Shown: positions 1 to 8,197 of the stretch, piece after piece
How the letters are laid out: every line of letters starts with the position of its first letter
How positions within the stretch are numbered: position 1 is the first letter of the stretch
Source of the DNA: an uncultured delta proteobacterium
Lineage (GTDB): Bacteria; Myxococcota_A; Polyangia; Polyangiales; Polyangiaceae
Reading direction: 5' to 3'
NCBI GenBank assembly: GCA_963716725.1
Contig: CAVQUB010000001.1
Location: 192,001 to 256,000, forward strand
Length of the DNA stretch: 64,000 nucleotides
Position numbers and translations under genes: made by a program
Notes under the pieces: model-generated
Databases searched by the model: none
Told to the model about the DNA's origin: nothing
Seen by the model: only the letters and a program-made list of their open reading frames with translations

Positions 1-202
1 ACAAGACCTCCGCCGGAGCCCGGCCGATCACCAACGGACGCACGATCTTGCTTGGTAGGACCGCGGCTTTCGCGTCGGTCCGCGCCGGTCGAGGCTCGGG
101 GACCTCCACGGTGGCGGGCGGCGCCGCGCTCGCGCAGGGCGAAGGCGGGCTGCCGCAGGCGACTGCGGCGATCGCAAACGCCAGTTTTGGGACGGGACCC
201 AT
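1..202 (-). CDS. Partial lipoprotein-like hypothetical protein (runs off the left window edge)
   Basis: Manual translation MGPVPKLAFAIAAVACGSPP... with a lipobox-like VAC and no stop before position 1. Alternative ATG at 220. Confidence 0.45.
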   Translation of the reverse strand, partial: MGPVPKLAFAIAAVACGSPPSPCASAAPPATVEVPEPRPARTDAKAAVLPSKIVRPLVIGRAPAEVL

Positions 203-247
203 GCTGCCGGGTCTCAGCATAGTCCGAGCTCGGCGCTGCGGGCCACC

Positions 248-1807
248 TCACCAGGGCGCGGGCTTGTAGTCCTTGAGGAACTGACCCCACATGTGCTCGC
301 CGGTGTTGATGCCGTCCAAGATGGGATCGACGATGCGCGCGGCGCCGTCCACGATGTCGAGGGGCGGGTGGAAGCCCTGCTCGACGGTCTTGCGCTGGGC
401 GATGTGCGCGGGGTCTTCGTCGGTCACCCAGCCCGTGTCGACGCTGTTCATGTGGATGCCGTCCTTGACGTAATCGTCGGCGGAAGTGCGCGTCATCATG
501 TTCAGGGCGGCCTTGGCCATGTTGGTGTGGGGGTGTTTGTCGGTCTTGAAGCGCCGATAGAACTGGCCCTCCATGGCCGACACGTTGACGATGTGTTTGT
601 CGTCGGACGCTTGGCGCAGCATCAGCGGCTTGAGCCGGGCGTTCAGCACGAAGGGCGCGATGGCGTTGACGAGCTGCACTTCGAGGAGCTCGACAGTGCT
701 GACCTCGTGCAGCGCGAGGCGCCAACTGTTGACCTCGCGCAGGTCGACCTGCTGCAGATCCGCGTCGAGCTTGCCGCTGGGAAAGAGCTGGATGCCCGCG
801 TCCAGATCCTCGTCCACCAGGGGGATCTGAGACAGATTTGAGGATTGGTGCAGCCCGACTCGCGCGCCGGCGTCTGCCGAGGTCTGGTGGACACTGGTCA
901 TCGATTCGGCGCCCGAAAGCGCGCTGTGCCGTTCGAGCAGGCGCTGCGCTGGTGGCGGCAACGCGGCCAGGGGCTCGCGCTCGGCCTGCATCAAGTGAGC
1001 GTAGAAGCCCGGCGGCCGGCGCACGGTCTGGCAGGCGTTGTGCAAGACGAAGTCCAGGCGAGACTCCGTGTCGTTCAAGTGGCGTGCGAAGACCTCGACG
1101 CTGGGCGTGTGCCTCAAGTCGAGGCCGTAGATTTGCAGCCGGTCGCTCCACTTGGGCGCGTCCGCTTCTTGGGCGAAGCGCAGGGAAGCGTCGTGGGGAA
1201 AGCGCGTAGTGACGATGACCCGTGCCCCTGCGCGCAAGAGCAAGATGGCCGCCTGATATCCGATCTTCACGCGGGCGCCGGTGATCAGCGCGACGCGGCC
1301 GCCGAGTTCGGCGATCTGCGATCGCTTCATGTGATTGAAGTCACCGCAGGTCTGGCACATCTGGTCGTAGAAGAAGTGCACCTTCGCGAAGAGCTGCTTG
1401 CAGACGTAGCAGACTCTGGGCTTCTTCAGCTCCGAGCCCGCGAGCGCCAGGTCCATCTCGGGCGCTTCGTCGGCAGCTTCGGCCGCCAGCGCGTCGCGCT
1501 TTGGCGTGATGAACACCGGTTGCTCGCGCTTCTTGCGGATCGAAGCCCGCTCTAGCACGGCCTCGTCGGCCTGGCGCAGCGCCTTCTTGTTGTGTTTGCG
1601 CAGGGCGCGGGCGAGCAGCTTCTGCTCGAGGCGATGCGGCCGCGATACGCGACCGGCGGCGGCCAGCAGGCGGTTCCGATCGTCGAGGGGCAGCTTCGCG
1701 AGGTGCGCGCGCGTGTCGATCAGCTCCTCGAGCACGCGGATGCACTGCTCGAGATCCGCGGCGGTCAGGTCGAGCTTGGGGCCGGGCTTTTCGGGGGGCG
1801 AGTTCAC
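248..1807 (-). CDS. SDR family oxidoreductase with N-terminal extension and Cys-pair (Zn-finger-like) motif
   Basis: ALITGARVKIG Rossmann motif, NVSAMEG, HTNMAKAALNMMT, MNSVDTGW; CYVC...CQTC upstream. Start placed at GTG 1807 because the ORF-track extension to 2185 is antisense to the next gene. Confidence 0.85.
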   Translation of the reverse strand: MNSPPEKPGPKLDLTAADLEQCIRVLEELIDTRAHLAKLPLDDRNRLLAAAGRVSRPHRLEQKLLARALRKHNKKALRQADEAVLERASIRKKREQPVFITPKRDALAAEAADEAPEMDLALAGSELKKPRVCYVCKQLFAKVHFFYDQMCQTCGDFNHMKRSQIAELGGRVALITGARVKIGYQAAILLLRAGARVIVTTRFPHDASLRFAQEADAPKWSDRLQIYGLDLRHTPSVEVFARHLNDTESRLDFVLHNACQTVRRPPGFYAHLMQAEREPLAALPPPAQRLLERHSALSGAESMTSVHQTSADAGARVGLHQSSNLSQIPLVDEDLDAGIQLFPSGKLDADLQQVDLREVNSWRLALHEVSTVELLEVQLVNAIAPFVLNARLKPLMLRQASDDKHIVNVSAMEGQFYRRFKTDKHPHTNMAKAALNMMTRTSADDYVKDGIHMNSVDTGWVTDEDPAHIAQRKTVEQGFHPPLDIVDGAARIVDPILDGINTGEHMWGQFLKDYKPAPW

Positions 1808-1874
1808 GTGGGTGCGGCGTCTAGCGCTGATCGTGCATCGACGCCAGGGGTCGAGTTGAGCTAGCGTCTTCTCG

Positions 1875-2477
1875 ATGAGCCGACTTGCGCTGGTGACTGC
1901 GGCGCTCGTGCTGCTGGGGTGCTCGACTGACGAGGGGAGCGGCGGCAGCGGGGGTGCCTCGGGCAGCGGCGGCGCGTCGGGCAGCGGCGGCGCGTCGGGC
2001 GGCGGTGGCGCGGCAGGCAGCGGCGGCGCGGCAGGTAGCGGCGGTGCATCCGGGAGCGGCGGCGTATCCGGGAGCGGCGGCACCTCGACCGGTGGCGCCG
2101 GGGGGACCGGGGGCTCGTCCGCTTGGATCGATCCGCTCGCGGGCGTGGGCAGTGTCGAGAAGGTCGCCGGCGGCTTCACCTTCACGGAGGGGCCGGTTTG
2201 GTTTGCGAAGACCGGAAAGCTCTACTTCAGCGACATCCCGAACACGCGCATCCACGAGCTCTCGCCGCCGAGCAGCGTGAGCGTGTATCGAGAACCGAGC
2301 GGTCAGGCCAACGGGCTCGGCATCGACCAGAATGGCTTGCTCGTTGCGTGTGAACACCAAGGCCGCCGGGTCAGCCGCACCCAGAGCGGCGGCACGGTGG
2401 TCTCGGTCGCCAGCACGTATCAAGGCAAGAAGCTCAACTCCCCGAACGACGTGATCGTGAAGAAGGACGGCAATTAA
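1875..2477 (+). pseudogene. SMP-30/gluconolactonase family lipoprotein, 5' part, truncated by the inserted element
   Basis: Lipobox LLGC, Gly/Ser linker, FTFTEGPVW, LYFSDIP, ANGL, LNSPNDV. The stop TAA (2475-2477) is supplied by the element's left inverted repeat. Confidence 0.9.
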
Positions 2478-2487
2478 CCGGCCAATC
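2475..2487 (+). repeat. Left terminal inverted repeat (13 bp)
   Basis: TAACCGGCCAATC, the exact reverse complement of 6131-6143. Confidence 0.93.
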
Positions 2488-2499
2488 GTGCCGCGCTCC

Positions 2500-3882
2500 T
2501 CAGCGCGGAGATTTGCGAAGCAGTCTGCGGAGATCGGCTTGCAGTCGGCGGACACGTCGGACGAGCATGCGTGCGGAGTCGCGATCGAGCCCATCGTCTT
2601 GGGTGCGCTTCTGCACGTATCTAGCGAGGTCGGCCAGCAACTTGAGGGGCTCCGGAGCGGGGGGTGAGGCGGTAGCAGCCGTGGGAGTGATCATGGGGTA
2701 GCGCTCGGCAATTCGCTCGAGTGCCGCGGCGAATTCGGCGAACACGGTGGTGCCGGTGATCTCCGCGTATCGCAGGGTCATGCGGTAGTCGGTGTGGCCG
2801 AGCAATCGCATGACCGAGGGAAGGCTCATTCCTGCGGCCAGGAGCGATGTCGCGTAGGTGTGACGGAGGCGATGCGTCGTCATCGGTTCGGCGAACTGAA
2901 TGCCACGGCAGGCCTCGCGAAGTGCTTCTCTATAGGACCCGTAAAGGGTCTTGCGACCGGCGGCAGTTGCGAGCAGCAGGGTGCGCTTACGCGGGCCTGT
3001 CCGCCGCAATCTGGAAACGAGCGTGACGGTGCGCGGATCGAGCGGGACCAGCCGCTCGGTGGCGAGCTTGCCGAGCGGGACCTTGAGCAGGGTGTTGCCG
3101 CTGTGGTCGGTGCGGATGCAGTGGTACGGTAATGCGATGAGCTCGCCGATGCGAAGTCCGGTGCGTCGCATCAGGAGCAAACCGAGCTGATACATGCACC
3201 CGGACTTCTTGAACCGGCGCTGAAGGAGGAGGTCGGTGTCAGGAGGAACCGGGCGAGGCAGGTACTTGGGGAGCTTCGGCAGGTCGCTGCCACGGATCAA
3301 TGTGTCGGCGGGCACAGAGAGCACGCGCTGCTCTTCGAGCGACTCGAGGTACGCGCGGATGTTCTGGATGGCGTGAACTCGGGTGCAGGCAGCGAGGTGG
3401 CGAGCGTGGAGCCAGGCGAGCCAGGACTCGATGTGTGAACGCTCCAGGCCGACGAGAGACACATGGTTGGCGTTGAGCCAGATGTGAAACTGTCGGAGAT
3501 GGGTTTGATAGGCGCGTACGGTCTGCAGCGAGTGCGTGGGTTTGAGCAATTCGAGGAAGCGGCTGGCATGTGGTGGCAGCGGGAAATTCGAACGCGGCCA
3601 AGCGCAACGCGGGTCGAAGCCGAGGAGACCACGTGCATGAAGCCACTCGAAATACATCAGGGCGAGGCGGCGTTGGCGGGCGCGCACATGCTCGGGCACC
3701 GGCGCCTTGGATGGCTGCTGAAGGAAGCGATCGATTTCCGAGCTCTCGAGCTGCAGGATCGGCCGGCAGCTGGCCTTCAACCAAAGGTGAAATTGGCTCA
3801 GAACGCCGCGCGCTCTCGGCTCGCGCTGCAAGAATTCGAGCGCGAAAGGGGGCAGATGGGCGAGGGGGTCGCGGCGCGCCAT
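2500..3882 (-). CDS. Tyrosine recombinase B (larger, Tn554 TnpB-like)
   Basis: TGLRIGE, PLGKLATERLVPL, HRLRHTYAT, LLGH, TLRY: complete R-K-H-R-H-Y set, with N- and C-terminal extensions. Confidence 0.93.
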   Translation of the reverse strand: MARRDPLAHLPPFALEFLQREPRARGVLSQFHLWLKASCRPILQLESSEIDRFLQQPSKAPVPEHVRARQRRLALMYFEWLHARGLLGFDPRCAWPRSNFPLPPHASRFLELLKPTHSLQTVRAYQTHLRQFHIWLNANHVSLVGLERSHIESWLAWLHARHLAACTRVHAIQNIRAYLESLEEQRVLSVPADTLIRGSDLPKLPKYLPRPVPPDTDLLLQRRFKKSGCMYQLGLLLMRRTGLRIGELIALPYHCIRTDHSGNTLLKVPLGKLATERLVPLDPRTVTLVSRLRRTGPRKRTLLLATAAGRKTLYGSYREALREACRGIQFAEPMTTHRLRHTYATSLLAAGMSLPSVMRLLGHTDYRMTLRYAEITGTTVFAEFAAALERIAERYPMITPTAATASPPAPEPLKLLADLARYVQKRTQDDGLDRDSARMLVRRVRRLQADLRRLLRKSPR

Positions 3883-3891
3883 GATGCAATC

Positions 3892-4941
3892 TCATTGCCG
3901 ATAGCGGGCGGCGATTTTCTTGAGCGCGCGCCGGAACTCGTCGGCCACGTCGGCCATGGACAACCGTACGTACTGCAGTGTTGTCTTCAGATCGGCATGG
4001 CCCATCATCTGTTGCAGAACGGGCAAGCGCACACCAGCGCGCGCCATGTCGGCCCCGAACGTGTGTCGAAACCGGTGGGGGTTGGCGATCGCGAGCACGC
4101 GCCGGCGACGACGATGCCGGAACAAGCTCCTCAGTCCAGCCGGCGTCATGGGCTGGCCGCGGCGCTTACCCTGTAAGACGACGAACAGACTCGGCTTGCT
4201 ACACTGCCTGGGCCTCTCGAGCTCGAGGTACCGCCGCAACGTGCGTGAGAGCACGAGCGGCAAGGGCAGTGCGCGGTCGCGCTGCCCTTTGCCGCAGACG
4301 CGAACACGGCCGTCGCTGAAAACGACGTCGGCAAGCTCGAGCCCGAGAACTTCAGCCGAGCGAAGGCCGCACAGGAGCATGAAATGGGTGATGGCGAGAT
4401 CCCTGTAGCGGGTGAGACTGCGAAGGAACGCTCGCACCTGCTCGGGCGTGAGCGGCTCGACGAGCTTGCGCGGCTCTTGGACACGGAGCTTGAGCACGCC
4501 GCGTCGTCGGAGCCGGTGAATGCCGAGGTAGTGATCACGACCGGGCCCCTTGTAGTGCGCAGCGGGCAAGCTCACGCGAGAGCCGACGCCGAGCTCTCGA
4601 TTCATCCAGAAGCGATACAGAAGGCGGGCTGTGGTCAACCGGCGATTGATTGAGCGTGGCTCTGCGCCGGCCTTGCGTTGCGCTGCGATGAACCCCAACA
4701 AGTCGCGTGCCTCGAGCTGCCGAAGCGAGCGCCCCTCAGCACGCATCCATCGATAGAGCAGCAGCAGATCATATGCGTACGCCCGGACCGTACGCCGGGA
4801 TAATCCGCGGACCCCGAGTGCCGAGAGAAACTCATGAACCTCGGCGACCACGCCATTGGCATCCACGAGCGAATGGCCAATCTCCGAGTGCGCGACCACG
4901 CGCAAGGCGGTACCGAGGTCGCATTGCAGGCTGCTGCTCAT
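3892..4941 (-). CDS. Tyrosine recombinase A (Tn554 TnpA-like)
   Basis: SRRTVRAYAYDL N-terminal motif, CGLRSAE, GKGQRDR, HRFRHTFG, MMGH, TLQY. Confidence 0.93.
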   Translation of the reverse strand: MSSSLQCDLGTALRVVAHSEIGHSLVDANGVVAEVHEFLSALGVRGLSRRTVRAYAYDLLLLYRWMRAEGRSLRQLEARDLLGFIAAQRKAGAEPRSINRRLTTARLLYRFWMNRELGVGSRVSLPAAHYKGPGRDHYLGIHRLRRRGVLKLRVQEPRKLVEPLTPEQVRAFLRSLTRYRDLAITHFMLLCGLRSAEVLGLELADVVFSDGRVRVCGKGQRDRALPLPLVLSRTLRRYLELERPRQCSKPSLFVVLQGKRRGQPMTPAGLRSLFRHRRRRRVLAIANPHRFRHTFGADMARAGVRLPVLQQMMGHADLKTTLQYVRLSMADVADEFRRALKKIAARYRQ

Positions 4942-5237
4942 GGCACTGCACGTCGCTGGTGCGCTCGGATGCCGTGGTGCACGGTGGCGTGATCGCGACG
5001 GAACAGCGATGCAATCTCCAGGAGGCTGTAATGGCGATCGGACTGATTACGAATCAGCCACCAGAGCTCCTGGCGTGCACGTGACACGCTCGAGGTCCGA
5101 GCTCGGCCGCAGAGCTCTTCCCGAACCACGCCACGACGACGGCAGACGTCCTCGAGCAAGGGCGTGAGATTGCGCACCTCGAGCGCTGCGAGGACGGCCG
5201 TGGCGCTGCTCGCGCCGTCGGGGCTGGGCGCGGTCAT
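4938..5237 (-). CDS. Stand-alone DnaA C-terminal (domain IV)-like helix-turn-helix protein
   Basis: VSRARQELWWL...SLLEIASLFRRDHATVHHG resembles the DnaA signature (R-Q...SLxEIG..F.RDHTTV). ATGA-coupled to both neighbours. Confidence 0.8.
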   Translation of the reverse strand: MTAPSPDGASSATAVLAALEVRNLTPLLEDVCRRRGVVREELCGRARTSSVSRARQELWWLIRNQSDRHYSLLEIASLFRRDHATVHHGIRAHQRRAVP

Positions 5238-5608
5238 CGAGGCACTCCGAAGAGCAGCATCTGCCTCAAATCGCAGAATTCACCGACGCCCACGAGGTCG
5301 CGATGACGGCGACGAACGCGAGCGGGCGGTGGTACCCAGTCCACGGTGTACAGCGGCGCCCCGTTGTCGATTGGGATCCCATCGTAGGCTGACAAGTCCG
5401 CTTCGACGCCCCGCTCTTCCGCAGCGAGCGCAACGCGGACCGGTTGCCCCTGCCACAGCGCCAGCGCCTCGAGCAGAAGCGGCAACGCCCGAGGGTGCGT
5501 CGGCGGGCGCAGCAACCGGGCCTTTAGAATCGTCTCGCTCGGGCCGGCCATTGCGAGCACGCGCATCTCCTGGGGCCCAGGTGCAACGCCCATCCAAATC
5601 GAGCTCAT
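5234..5608 (-). CDS. Element-encoded hypothetical protein (124 aa)
   Basis: ATG at 5608 with GGGAG RBS. LKARL..P.HPRAL..LLEALALWQG motif. The stop overlaps the ATG of the DnaA-like ORF. Confidence 0.7.
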   Translation of the reverse strand: MSSIWMGVAPGPQEMRVLAMAGPSETILKARLLRPPTHPRALPLLLEALALWQGQPVRVALAAEERGVEADLSAYDGIPIDNGAPLYTVDWVPPPARVRRRHRDLVGVGEFCDLRQMLLFGVPR

Positions 5609-5924
5609 GGGTCGACTCCCGCTCCGAGCTCGATGCCGCCCCAACGACGGCCTCGGCTACGAACGGGACGACCATCTCACGATGGCCAAGTTTTTCGGCT
5701 GTGCTGTGCGTTACATTTTTCTGCTGCTCACGCCAGCGAGCCACTCGCGCCGCCGTCGTCGTGTGCCCCAGCTTGCTGCGGCGGTACCGGCGCACGGACG
5801 CTTCGCGCGACAAGCGTCGGCACTCCGGGTCGCAGAACAGCCTGCCGTAGTTGCACGCCGGGCAAACGTCGAGCACGTTGTGGCATCCAACGCGAGAACA
5901 CTTCGCCTGCTGAAAAACGACCAC
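5280..5924 (-). CDS. Cys-rich putative Zn-binding, basic protein (element accessory)
   Basis: CSRVGC, CPAC, CDPEC, an Arg-rich helix and a C-terminal RCARCGR. First ORF of the element operon; overlaps the next ORF by 329 nt. Confidence 0.6.
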   Translation of the reverse strand: MVVFQQAKCSRVGCHNVLDVCPACNYGRLFCDPECRRLSREASVRRYRRSKLGHTTTAARVARWREQQKNVTHSTAEKLGHREMVVPFVAEAVVGAASSSERESTHELDLDGRCTWAPGDARARNGRPERDDSKGPVAAPADAPSGVAASARGAGAVAGATGPRCARCGRAGRRSGLVSLRWDPNRQRGAAVHRGLGTTARSRSSPSSRPRGRR

Positions 5925-6130
5925 CGCTGCGAATGCAGAAAGCTGGCCGCAGCACGGGGTGGCATGCGAGGGTAGCGCCGTCGACCGCGACCACCGCGAC
6001 GACCTGAGGGCTCGGAAGTGACCATCCGGGCCCTCTCACTTTCTTCCGCCGTGATCATGGCTGATTCGACACGGCACGGGCCAACTCGGGGCAGAGGGAA
6101 CAGAACGAATCGCCCATATCGGCGACCCGA

Positions 6131-6143
6131 GATTGGCCGGTTA
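6131..6143 (-). repeat. Right terminal inverted repeat (13 bp)
   Basis: GATTGGCCGGTTA, followed by GATCT-CAAT and then the resumed host gene. Confidence 0.93.
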
Positions 6144-6152
6144 GATCTCAAT

Positions 6153-6620
6153 CTCTATTTCACCGATCCGCCCTACGGAGGGAACCCGAACGAGCTGGGG
6201 TTCCAGGGCGTATTCCGCGTCGATCCGAGCGGCGCGCTCTCGCTGGTCGCGAGCGACATGTTTCGCCCCAACGGCATCGCGCTCGCGAGCGACGAGAAGA
6301 CGCTCTACGTGACGGACTCGGAGCAGAACTTCATTCGGACCTACGTCGTTGCCAGCGATGGTGCCACGTCGAGCCCGAAGAAGTTCCTCGACACTGCGGC
6401 GACCCCGGACGGCATGGCGGTGAACTTGCAAGGCGATCTGTTCATCAGCACCCAAGCGGGCGTCGAGGCGTACAAGGCCGACGGCACCAAGCTCGGCACC
6501 ATCCCCGTGCCCGAGCAGCCGTCCAATTGCACCTTCGGCGGCACGGACGGCAAGACGCTGTACATCACGGCGCGCAAATCGCTCTACCGGGTCGCGCTCG
6601 GCGTGGCGGGGTTGCCTTGA
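6153..6620 (+). pseudogene. SMP-30/gluconolactonase, 3' part
   Basis: LYFTDPPYG, PNGIAL, LYVTDS, PDGMAV, PSNCTFGG, LYITARKSLYR. Joins in frame to 1875-2474 to give 355 aa. Confidence 0.9.
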
Positions 6621-6628
6621 GGGTCCAC

Positions 6629-7195
6629 TCAAATGCACGCCCCGGGCTTGTCCTCGCTCTCGCACATCGCAAGGCACGGACACACGCTCGCCCCGGCGCA
6701 TGACTTTCCTTTAGGGCACTCCGCGTCGCTCCAGCACGCATCGAGCACCGGGACCTTGCATACGCCGTTCACGCATGGCGTGTACGACTCGTCTCCGCAG
6801 TCGAAGTCCTGCTGGCAGCAGCCGTCCGTCGGCGCCATGCACCAACCGAGCTTGTCCTCTTGGTGGCAGTCGAGGCCGCAGGCGCACACGCTCGCGCCGG
6901 TGCAGAGCCCGAATTGGCAATCGGAGTCGATCCAGCAGCGGTCGGTGGGCGGCATCGCGAGGCAGACTCCCGAGACACAATTTATCGGCTGGGGCGGGCC
7001 GTCGTCGGGGCCGCCGGGCTCGTAACAATCGTACTTCGTCGAGCAGCAAAGCGTGTTGCCCCCGGCACCGGAGCTGCCGCCGGATCCCGAGCTGCCGCCT
7101 GCGCCGCCTGCGCCGCCTGCGCCGTCCTTCGAGACTGAACCACCGCAGGCGGCGACCGAGAGCGCAGCGCCGAGCAAGAACCATCGCGTCATCAT
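6629..7195 (-). CDS. Cys-rich lipoprotein with Gly linker
   Basis: Lipobox VAAC, Gly/Ser linker, two repeated Cys-rich modules (CW.D..C...C.GASVC.C...C..EDK.G.C). Confidence 0.8.
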   Translation of the reverse strand: MMTRWFLLGAALSVAACGGSVSKDGAGGAGGAGGSSGSGGSSGAGGNTLCCSTKYDCYEPGGPDDGPPQPINCVSGVCLAMPPTDRCWIDSDCQFGLCTGASVCACGLDCHQEDKLGWCMAPTDGCCQQDFDCGDESYTPCVNGVCKVPVLDACWSDAECPKGKSCAGASVCPCLAMCESEDKPGACI

Positions 7196-7538
7196 CGAGT
7201 GGGGTGAGTGCACCGGGCGTGCCACGCACGCGGGCGGGTTTGGGTGCGTGTTGGACCACTAGTGACACACGCTGGCACAGCAAACGGGCCGGAGTGTCAG
7301 GGGGCGGGCCGCGCGCTGAGATCTCGTCGTTCGCTCGAAGCAGGCGGCTCGGGCGAAGCGGCGCCACGAGGGAGGCGCATCAGCGTGTGTCCGAGGAGCG
7401 GCAGAGCTTCGGGACCGTTGGCGGCGACGTCACCGGCCGCCGCGCCTCCACCCGCTCCCGCCGAGGCCGCCCCTGCAATGAAGCCGTCGACGAAGAAGCC
7501 GGCCTACAGCCCTGAAGCGCCTTGATCGCGCCCCTCCC

Positions 7539-7865
7539 TCAGTCGCACCCGACCGCGATGGCGAGCGCGCGGCAGATGTCGCTCATCTTGTCCGGGCGGA
7601 CGGTGCCGACGAGCCGCGACAGATCTCGTTGTCGCACCGTTTGCACGTTGGCGAGATTGGCGCATGACGGCGCCTTCAGTCCGTCTTCGACACCGAGCTC
7701 GACTTCAGTGGGCGAGCCGTGCGTCGTGGTGGTGATTGGCACGACCGTGGCCGTCTGCAGAACATCGAGCAAGACCTGTCGACTCAGCACCAGGACCGGT
7801 CGCCGCTTGTCGGGCGGCCGGAACGCGTAGAGGCGGATCTCGCCGCGGCTCACTTCTCGGGCCAT
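7539..7865 (-). CDS. mazF: PemK/MazF family toxin
   Basis: RGEI..Y.F..PDKRRPVLVLSR, VVPITT, 108 aa; overlaps the upstream antitoxin. Confidence 0.88.
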   Translation of the reverse strand: MAREVSRGEIRLYAFRPPDKRRPVLVLSRQVLLDVLQTATVVPITTTTHGSPTEVELGVEDGLKAPSCANLANVQTVRQRDLSRLVGTVRPDKMSDICRALAIAVGCD

Positions 7866-8093
7866 GCTTGCCCCTCGAGCATGGCTTCGACATCTGCCAG
7901 GAGCTCGTCGTGCTTGCCCGCGAATGCGCTGCGGATGCTCTGGTCGATGTCACGCCGGCGCTTCGCGTCGAGGTACAGCAAGACCGCATCGCGGATGAAG
8001 GCCGAGCGGCCCTCCTTCTTGGTCTTGGGATCGCGGTCGATGCGCGCGAGCAACTCGCGGTCGACCGAGATTCTGAACGGGCTTGGCGCTCAT
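7850..8093 (-). CDS. Ribbon-helix-helix antitoxin (apparent +1 frameshift at 8071-8072)
   Basis: Removing one base gives MSAKPVQISVDRELLARID...RSAFIRDAV, an 80-aa RHH-type protein. Confidence 0.78.
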
Positions 8094-8197
8094 GTTGGGA
8101 ATATCACACATGAACCATGTTGCGTCGAGCCACCATGCGAGGCCATGCGTGCGAAACCGAGCTTTACGCTGCTCATCCCCCCGACTACGAGCGGGCC

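Larger units (their letters stand above)
2475..6152 (-). mobile_element. Dual tyrosine-recombinase mobile element with three accessory ORFs
   Basis: Perfect 13-bp IRs TAACCGGCCAATC (2475-2487) and GATTGGCCGGTTA (6131-6143). CAAT is duplicated (2471-2474, 6149-6152). Interrupts the gluconolactonase gene between ...KKDGN and LYFTDPPYG. Confidence 0.92.

Noticed and set aside
1808..2185. Pro-rich N-terminal extension of the SDR (645-aa ORF)
   Set aside because: Antisense shadow of the gluconolactonase Gly linker.
2475..6152. Prophage, classical RIT element or DDE insertion sequence
   Set aside because: No phage structural genes, only two recombinases and no DDE transposase.
6018..6152. Independent 200-aa gene starting at 6018
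   Set aside because: The first 45 codons are element end sequence and the rest is the 3' half of the interrupted gene.
7208..7525. Small Pro/Ala-rich ORF between the lipoprotein and mazF
   Set aside because: No clear start, RBS or motif; it may be a remnant but is not supportable.
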